Assembly (NCBI GenBank): GCA_041182705.1
Contig: JBEGNC010000118.1
Location: 1 to 40,070, forward strand
DNA: 40,070 nucleotides
Direction of reading: 5' to 3'
From: Actinomycetota bacterium
Lineage (GTDB): Bacteria > Actinomycetota > Actinomycetes > Nanopelagicales > Nanopelagicaceae
Shown: positions 34,288 to 40,070 of the stretch, piece after piece
Layout: each line of letters starts with the position of its first letter
Position numbering within the stretch: the first letter of the stretch is position 1
Position numbers and translations under genes: made by a program
The notes under the pieces: generated by a model
Seen by the model: only the letters and a program-made list of their open reading frames with translations
Told to the model about the DNA's origin: nothing
Database searches by the model: none

Positions 34288-35709
34288 CTAGTTGTGGGAG
34301 AAGTGGCGAATACCCGTGAAATATAGGCTGAGATTCGCAGCGGTAGCGGCCGCTATCACCTCTTCATCCCGGATAGAACCTCCAGGGGAAACGACCGCAA
34401 TCACGCCAGCTTTGATCAAGGAAGTAATTCCATCGGCGAAGGGAAAGAAACCATCGCTGGCGGCAACCGACCCGATGCTGCGATCCCCCGCCCTAGCAAT
34501 AGCAAGTTCAGCGGCAGCCAGTCGATTGACCTGACCGGCACCGATTCCTAGAGCAACTTGATCGTGCGCAATCACAATCGAATTACTCCGACAGCGCGCT
34601 GCGATTTTCCAAGCGAAGTGGAGATCCGCCAACTTACCGGCATCGACAGCTGGCCCACTGACAAGGCGCCAATTCTCGGGCTGATCATTAGAACCCTTCA
34701 ATTGATCCGAGTTCTGGAATAGCAAACCACCATTTATCATCCGAAATTCGAATTGATCTTCAATCCGTTTTACACAGAAGATCCGAAGTTTTGTCCTTTT
34801 TGCCAGAATCAATCTAGCTTCTTTCGAGATTGCCGGAGCGATCAAGAGTTCGAGGAATTTTTCCTCTAACTCTTGGGCAACTTCACCTGAGATTTCGAAG
34901 TTCGTAGCAAGTACGCCACCGAATGCGGAAAGGGGATCACCGCTGAGCGCGCCGATAACTGCTTTAGCTGGGTGAGCGTTGATCGCTACCCCGACTGGAA
35001 TACCGTGCTTTACGATGACAGCGGTTGGTTCATCGAATTCATTTGCTAATCGGGTCGCGCTATCGCCATCCAAGTAATTATTGAAAGAGAGTTCACTTCC
35101 TTGGATTAGTTCGCCACTTGCTAATCCTGCGCTTCCGAATACCTTGCCATTTTGGTGAGGGTTTTCGCCATATCGAAGCGGTCTACTGAAATCTGCCAAG
35201 ATCGCCAAGTCGTATCGAGTGGTTCGATCAATCGCAACCGCTGCCCAATTCTTGCGCTGGACGGGATCCGATCCCTTAGCTAAGGATTCGATCAGTTCTG
35301 GATACTGTTCTGGAGCTGTTATAACTGATACCGCCCGATGATTCTTGGCCGCGGCACGAATCAAGGCCGGTCCTCCGATATCGAACTTATCTGCTGGATA
35401 AAGGTTAACGATCACGATATCGATCGCCGTTAAACCATTTGCCTCGGCCTCTTTGATTTGCTGCGGATCTTCTCGATCAAAGAGGATCGCTCCGTGAATC
35501 GCTGGGTGGAGTGATTTGACGCGACCATCCAGAATCTCCGGGCTACCAGTTATCTCTTCAATGGTTTTCGTCGCCAGGCCGGAATCGCGAAGCGTGGCCG
35601 CAGTTCCGTCAGATGCGACAATTTCGTAGCCAGCATCCAAGAGCGCTCTAGCTACTTCAAGTAATCCAGTCTTATCGGAGACTGAGATCAACGCTCGTCT
35701 ATTTGCCAC
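34288..35709 (-). CDS. purH: bifunctional AICAR transformylase / IMP cyclohydrolase (short form, 473 aa)
   Basis: It has ALISVSDKTG, DIGGPALIRAAAKN, RYGENPHQ and ASDGFFPF. Confidence 0.9.
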   Translation of the reverse strand: MANRRALISVSDKTGLLEVARALLDAGYEIVASDGTAATLRDSGLATKTIEEITGSPEILDGRVKSLHPAIHGAILFDREDPQQIKEAEANGLTAIDIVIVNLYPADKFDIGGPALIRAAAKNHRAVSVITAPEQYPELIESLAKGSDPVQRKNWAAVAIDRTTRYDLAILADFSRPLRYGENPHQNGKVFGSAGLASGELIQGSELSFNNYLDGDSATRLANEFDEPTAVIVKHGIPVGVAINAHPAKAVIGALSGDPLSAFGGVLATNFEISGEVAQELEEKFLELLIAPAISKEARLILAKRTKLRIFCVKRIEDQFEFRMINGGLLFQNSDQLKGSNDQPENWRLVSGPAVDAGKLADLHFAWKIAARCRSNSIVIAHDQVALGIGAGQVNRLAAAELAIARAGDRSIGSVAASDGFFPFADGITSLIKAGVIAVVSPGGSIRDEEVIAAATAANLSLYFTGIRHFSHN

Positions 35710-36832
35710 GATTTCGTAACTTCTCGATCGCCGGCGGAACTTTCAAATAGATAGTTATACCAATGGCTACTTCAACTGCTAATAACAGTGGCATCGCCCA
35801 CCAGATCGGTCCAACGGAAGGAAGATTCTCGGATAGGAGCTGTCCGCTGCTTCCACGAGCCGCTACGAAAGAAAGGAGTGCTATGAAACCGATTGCGCTG
35901 ATTAGAAATCGCTTCTGCTCCACCCAATCGGAGTAATTCTCCGAACCATACTTCGCTATTAGCGCTCCGGTTAGTAGGAAGAGGATGGCAAATAGGAACA
36001 AGAGCGACGTTCTACTTGCAGGAAGTGCGCCCAAAATCGGAATCGCCGGAATCTCATCGATTCGATGGATGAATGGTGAGAGCAAGCTGCCCGCTCCGAG
36101 TGAGATACCTGCTCCAGATATAAAGCTGATGACGCTCAACGCCAGATTTGGTAGGTAAAGGATCTGAACCAGAAGTAACACCAAGCCACCAAAGAAGCCT
36201 GGTTCTACCACGCGAGTGAGATTCACCAGGAGTTCGAAGTGCCAGATCATTGAAGCAGCAAGGATCAGCGAACCGAATCCAATCCAACCGATGATTAGAA
36301 TCCAAGCTACTTTGAGCGCTCGCTGCCAAGGAAATTGCAAGTTGTGGCGCGGGAGAAGGCCGCTTACCAGATAGGCGATCGCGGTTGCGACCAGGAAGAT
36401 GACTGGAACACCGATATAAAAGGGAACCGTTACGGTATCGCCGAGGCCCAATAGCGATATCAGATAACCGATAAACGAATACATCCCAGCAAAGGCGATT
36501 ACGTTCCGCCGTTTCTCGCGATTATTCGATTCACCAATCGTCGCCACCATACGTTCGTAACCGCTCTTCACGGCGATGACCGCAACCAAGAGCGCACCGA
36601 TTGGAAGGAAACTCAGCGTTCCAGAGATTGTCGCATCGGAGAGCGTTAGCTGGAGCGGAACTTGATGGGCCACCAAGAAGAACCAGAGCGCAGCGCGCAA
36701 TGGATCTGCAGTATTACCAGAGGAACTTCCAGCGGTAGCCCAAGTAATCAAAGCGATGAATCCAACCGGCAAGAGAATCAGGATGATGCTGCGTGATGCC
36801 TGGGTGAAGGCGGTACGCAGGACTTGCAGCAT
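35699..36832 (-). CDS. polytopic membrane protein, PerM-like / DUF6350
   Basis: It has about 10 predicted hydrophobic segments. It occupies the position between sucD and purH that PerM (Rv0955) occupies in Mycobacterium. The family name is inferred from synteny and topology. Confidence 0.55.
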   Translation of the reverse strand: MLQVLRTAFTQASRSIILILLPVGFIALITWATAGSSSGNTADPLRAALWFFLVAHQVPLQLTLSDATISGTLSFLPIGALLVAVIAVKSGYERMVATIGESNNREKRRNVIAFAGMYSFIGYLISLLGLGDTVTVPFYIGVPVIFLVATAIAYLVSGLLPRHNLQFPWQRALKVAWILIIGWIGFGSLILAASMIWHFELLVNLTRVVEPGFFGGLVLLLVQILYLPNLALSVISFISGAGISLGAGSLLSPFIHRIDEIPAIPILGALPASRTSLLFLFAILFLLTGALIAKYGSENYSDWVEQKRFLISAIGFIALLSFVAARGSSGQLLSENLPSVGPIWWAMPLLLAVEVAIGITIYLKVPPAIEKLRNRGK

Positions 36833-36836
36833 AAGG

Positions 36837-37718
36837 TCAGCTATTTATTAATTCACGGAGCAGGCGAGCGGTTTCACTCGGAGTCTTACCAACGCGAACT
36901 CCAGCGGCTTCTAGCGCCACCTTCTTCGCTTCGGCGGTTCCTGAAGAACCAGAGACGATTGCGCCAGCATGCCCCATCGTCTTTCCTTCCGGAGCAGTGA
37001 ATCCGGCAACATAACCCACGACTGGTTTGGTCACATACTCCTTGATGAACGCTGCGGCGCGCTCCTCCGCATCGCCGCCAATCTCACCAATCATCACGAT
37101 CGCTTTAGTATCTGGATCATCTTGGAATGCTCTTAGACAATCGATATGGGTGGTTCCAATTACCGGGTCGCCACCAATTCCAACCGCTGTCGTGAATCCG
37201 ATATCGCGCAATTCGTACATCATCTGATAGGTCAGCGTTCCCGATTTCGAAACCAGACCGATCTTGCCTGGGCCAGTTATATCTGCGGGCGTGATGCCGA
37301 TGTTGCATTTACCTGGCGAGATCAATCCTGGGCAATTTGGCCCGATGATTCGAGTGCTCCCTTTGCTTTCTGCATAGGCGAAGAAGCTTGCCGTGTCGTG
37401 TACGGGAATCCCCTCGGTGATAACAACTACGAGAGGTAAACGAGCATCAATCGCATCGATTACAGCGGCTTTGGCGAACTTTGGTGGAACGAAGACCACT
37501 GAGGCGTCAGCGCCAGTAGCCGCAACTGCTTCTGCAACATTATTGAAGACTGGTAATTGTTTACCTTCGATCTCTACGGTTTGGCCACCTTTACCTGGCG
37601 TGACGCCTCCTACGATCTTGGTGCCGCTAGCAATCATCCGCCGGGTGTGCTTGGTTCCTTCAGAACCAGTCATGCCTTGAACAATTACTCTAGTGTTCTC
37701 ATCAATGAAGATAGTCAT
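36837..37718 (-). CDS. sucD: succinate--CoA ligase subunit alpha
   Basis: It has GPNCPG and the phosphohistidine loop MGHAGAI. The size is 293 aa. Confidence 0.95.
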   Translation of the reverse strand: MTIFIDENTRVIVQGMTGSEGTKHTRRMIASGTKIVGGVTPGKGGQTVEIEGKQLPVFNNVAEAVAATGADASVVFVPPKFAKAAVIDAIDARLPLVVVITEGIPVHDTASFFAYAESKGSTRIIGPNCPGLISPGKCNIGITPADITGPGKIGLVSKSGTLTYQMMYELRDIGFTTAVGIGGDPVIGTTHIDCLRAFQDDPDTKAIVMIGEIGGDAEERAAAFIKEYVTKPVVGYVAGFTAPEGKTMGHAGAIVSGSSGTAEAKKVALEAAGVRVGKTPSETARLLRELINS

Positions 37719-38878
37719 CGCTGGGCCGCCAATTCTGCAGCCCGAGCAGCTGCTCCATCCATCGTGTCAACCTGTTCGACTAGCGGGTGGTTTGCCTCAT
37801 TCAAGATTCTTCTACCCTCTAGGACATTATTGCCATCGAGGCGAACTACCAATGGTTTGGTTGCTTTATCACCAAGGAGTTGTAGCGCCTGCACGATGCC
37901 ATTTGCCACTGCATCACAAGCCGTGATCCCACCAAATACATTGACGAATACGGAACGGACTGCGGGGTCGCCCAAGATGATTGAGAGACCATCAGCCATG
38001 ACTTGGGCCGAAGCGCCGCCTCCGATATCGAGGAAGTTCGCAGGTTTTACGCCATATTTCTCACCAGCGTAAGCGACAACATCAAGTGTGCTCATCACCA
38101 AGCCTGCGCCATTGCCAATCACGCCCACTTCACCTTCAAGTTTTACGTAATTGAGATCCTTCTCTTTTGCGAGCGCTTCTAGAGGGTTTGTTGCAGCATG
38201 ATCGATTAGCGCTTCATGATCTGGATGGCGAAATGCGGCGTTATCGTCGAGGGTGACTTTCCCATCAAGTGCGATGATCCGACCATCAGCGGTCTTGACT
38301 AGCGGATTTACTTCGACCAAAGTCGCATCTGAGGTTACAAAAGTCTCCCAAAGCTTAATCAGTACCTCTGCGACTCCCTTAGCCACATCGCTGGGAAAAC
38401 CACCTTTACTTACTATCTCAAGCGCCGTTTCCATATCGATACCTAAATTCGGATTGACATGCACCCGAGCAAGTTTCTCCGGGGTCTTATGTGCAACTTC
38501 TTCGATATCCATTCCGCCAGATACCGATGCCATAACAAGGAATGATCGGGCGGCGCGATCTAGCAGGATTGCAAGGTAATACTCACTCTCAATTGGAGCT
38601 GCTTGCGCGATCATCACTTTATGGACGGTATGTCCTTTGATATCCATCCCAAGAATCGCTTTTGCTTTCTCAAATGCATCATCTGGATTCTCGGCCAATT
38701 TCACACCGCCGGCCTTACCTCGACCACCGATCTTGACCTGCGCCTTGACTACGGTTCTTCCACCAATTGCAGCGGCAGCTTTGCGCGCTTCCTCCGGCGT
38801 AGTAGCTACGGCTCCGGCGAGAACTGGGACTCCTTTGGCTTCGAAGAGGTCACGAGCCTGATACTCAAAGAGGTCCAT
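37715..38878 (-). CDS. sucC: ADP-forming succinate--CoA ligase subunit beta
   Basis: It has the N-terminal [12 protein letters not shown] and an ATP-grasp fold pattern. It has a 4-nt overlap with sucD. Confidence 0.95.
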   Translation of the reverse strand: MDLFEYQARDLFEAKGVPVLAGAVATTPEEARKAAAAIGGRTVVKAQVKIGGRGKAGGVKLAENPDDAFEKAKAILGMDIKGHTVHKVMIAQAAPIESEYYLAILLDRAARSFLVMASVSGGMDIEEVAHKTPEKLARVHVNPNLGIDMETALEIVSKGGFPSDVAKGVAEVLIKLWETFVTSDATLVEVNPLVKTADGRIIALDGKVTLDDNAAFRHPDHEALIDHAATNPLEALAKEKDLNYVKLEGEVGVIGNGAGLVMSTLDVVAYAGEKYGVKPANFLDIGGGASAQVMADGLSIILGDPAVRSVFVNVFGGITACDAVANGIVQALQLLGDKATKPLVVRLDGNNVLEGRRILNEANHPLVEQVDTMDGAAARAAELAAQR

Positions 38879-38881
38879 GGG

Positions 38882-40070
38882 TCATAACTTATCTACTGGG
38901 GCATATCGGAGCAACAAACGCTTATCTCCGAAGCTACCGAAATTGATCGTCGCTTCTGATTTATCGCCTTCTCCTGAGACCGCTATCACAGTACCTAAAC
39001 CAAAGGTGTCATGAGATACCCGATCGCCGACTGCAAGTTGGAGAGCCGAACTCTGCTTTCCAGTTGCGCGCGGGAGGACTGGTGCATTGAATTTCTTTCG
39101 CTTAATTGGTGGCGTAGTAAATCCACTCTCTGATTTGTTCCAATCGATTAATGTCTCTGGAATCTCATCAAGGAAGCGTGATGGCGGATTGTAATTTGGT
39201 GCGCCCCAAGCAGATCGGTACTCAGCGCGAGAGAGATAGAGCCGCTGTTGGGCGCGAGTTAAGCCGACATAAGCAAGTCGTCGCTCCTCTTCCAATTCCT
39301 TCTTCTCTCCCAGTGTTCGCGAATGCGGAAATACTCCTTCTTCCATTCCAGTCAAAAAGACCGTTGGAAATTCCAAACCTTTAGCAGTATGAAGTGTCAT
39401 TAAAGTTACGACGCCGCCATGCTCCTCGCCCTCTGGTATCTCATCGGCATCCGCAACAAGTGATACCTCTTCGAGAAAGCCGCCGAGCGTAGGTGATTCA
39501 CCTTCAGAGATTGTGCGTTCCTCATACTCTTCGACAACAGCTACTAACTCCTCAAGGTTCTCCACTCGAACCTCATCCTGGGGATCGTGGCTGGCGCGAA
39601 GTTCCTCCAGTAGCCCGGATTGTTCAAGAACCGCGGCGGCGATCGTGGCCGGTGGTCGATTTACCTCTACAAGCACTTGAAGTGCAGTTAACATCGAAAC
39701 GAATGCCGAGATTGAAGCAGCTGTTCGAGGCGATAAGCCCGCGGCTGACGCGCGCGAAAGCGCCTGCCAGAAGGAGATTGCCTCAACATTGGCGAATTGA
39801 TCTATTGACTCCAGCGCGCGATCACCGATTCCGCGCTTGGGCGTATTGATGATCCGACGCAATGAGACTTCATCACTTGGATTAACTAGTACCCGGAGAT
39901 AGGCAAGCAGATCCTTTACCTCACGCCGCTCGTAGAATCGCAGGCCGCCAACGACTTTATAGGGCAGGCCAGCGCGCATGAAAACCTCTTCAAAGACACG
40001 GGATTGGGCGTTGGTTCGATAGAAGACCGCAGTATCGCCATAACGTGATGTACCAGCCTGGCTCAACTTG
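38882..40070 (-). CDS. pcrA: ATP-dependent DNA helicase PcrA/UvrD1 (C-terminal ~395 aa; the N-terminus lies beyond the window end)
   Basis: It has SF1 helicase motifs V/VI (VTLMTLHTAKGLEFPTVFL, RRLAYVGLTRAQQRLYLS) and a C-terminal Tudor-like tail (GDRVSHDTFGLGTV). The ORF is open to the window edge. Confidence 0.9.
   Translation of the reverse strand, partial: KLSQAGTSRYGDTAVFYRTNAQSRVFEEVFMRAGLPYKVVGGLRFYERREVKDLLAYLRVLVNPSDEVSLRRIINTPKRGIGDRALESIDQFANVEAISFWQALSRASAAGLSPRTAASISAFVSMLTALQVLVEVNRPPATIAAAVLEQSGLLEELRASHDPQDEVRVENLEELVAVVEEYEERTISEGESPTLGGFLEEVSLVADADEIPEGEEHGGVVTLMTLHTAKGLEFPTVFLTGMEEGVFPHSRTLGEKKELEEERRLAYVGLTRAQQRLYLSRAEYRSAWGAPNYNPPSRFLDEIPETLIDWNKSESGFTTPPIKRKKFNAPVLPRATGKQSSALQLAVGDRVSHDTFGLGTVIAVSGEGDKSEATINFGSFGDKRLLLRYAPVDKL

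Noticed and set aside
1-40070. CRISPR arrays, IS elements/transposases, integrases, prophage genes, toxin-antitoxin pairs and known anti-phage defence genes.
   Set aside because: I found no repeat-spacer periodicity and no transposase, integrase or phage-like translations in any frame of the ORF track. Every long ORF is accounted for by housekeeping or metabolic families, so the window looks like core chromosome rather than an accessory island.

Overview
This is an almost fully coding chromosomal segment; by my rough sum of intergenic gaps only about 2-3% is non-coding. It appears to come from a streamlined, mid-GC actinobacterium. Lineage markers are a DUF3117 small protein, an LCP ligase, MsiK, a PerM-like/DUF6350 membrane protein, a DUF3017-like protein and long actinobacterial DeoC/DapD types. 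Synteny also recalls Mycobacterium (pcrA/uvrD1-sucCD-perM-purH, cdd-deoA, dapD...LOG...DUF3117). I see no rRNA, tRNA, CRISPR, IS/transposase, integrase, prophage or recognisable defence genes.

Layout:
- 1-1.4 kb: DUF3117, a stand-alone sigma-region-4 HTH, SRPBCC and LOG on the minus strand.
- 1.4-7.1 kb: dapD plus a cell-envelope cluster (SpoIID-like, GT2, LCP, UDP-glucose dehydrogenase).
- 7.1-13.7 kb: a degenerate PurK-like ORF, then a tightly coupled maf-GGCT-phosphosugar mutase-deoC-ALDH-half-ALDH operon.
- 13.7-18.4 kb: minus-strand operon mtnA, fused class II aldolase/SDR, cdd, deoA.
- 18.4-18.66 kb: the only long non-coding stretch (262 bp), carrying strong palindromes.
- 18.66-26.5 kb: an eight-gene translationally coupled operon (BMP-type ABC importer, MTA/MTI phosphorylase, MTA/SAH-type deaminase, DUF985 cupin, SDR).
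- 26.5-29.8 kb: CNNM/CorC-trpS-orphan BMP-like protein.
- 29.9-31.0 kb: msiK with a structured leader and a bidirectional terminator.
- 31.0-40.07 kb: a gap-free minus-strand string pcrA(partial)-sucC-sucD-perM-like-purH-folD-DUF3017-mdh-icd.

The best candidate for undescribed biology is the 13.7-26.5 kb divergent nucleoside / 5'-deoxy(5'-methylthio)nucleoside salvage supercluster. Its parts (import, deaminase, phosphorylase, MtnA isomerase, fused aldolase-dehydrogenase) read as a complete, deaminase-first DHAP-shunt-like route. It also carries two uncharacterised tail genes and an unassigned operator. All functional calls rest on motif recognition in the supplied translations; no database search was run.
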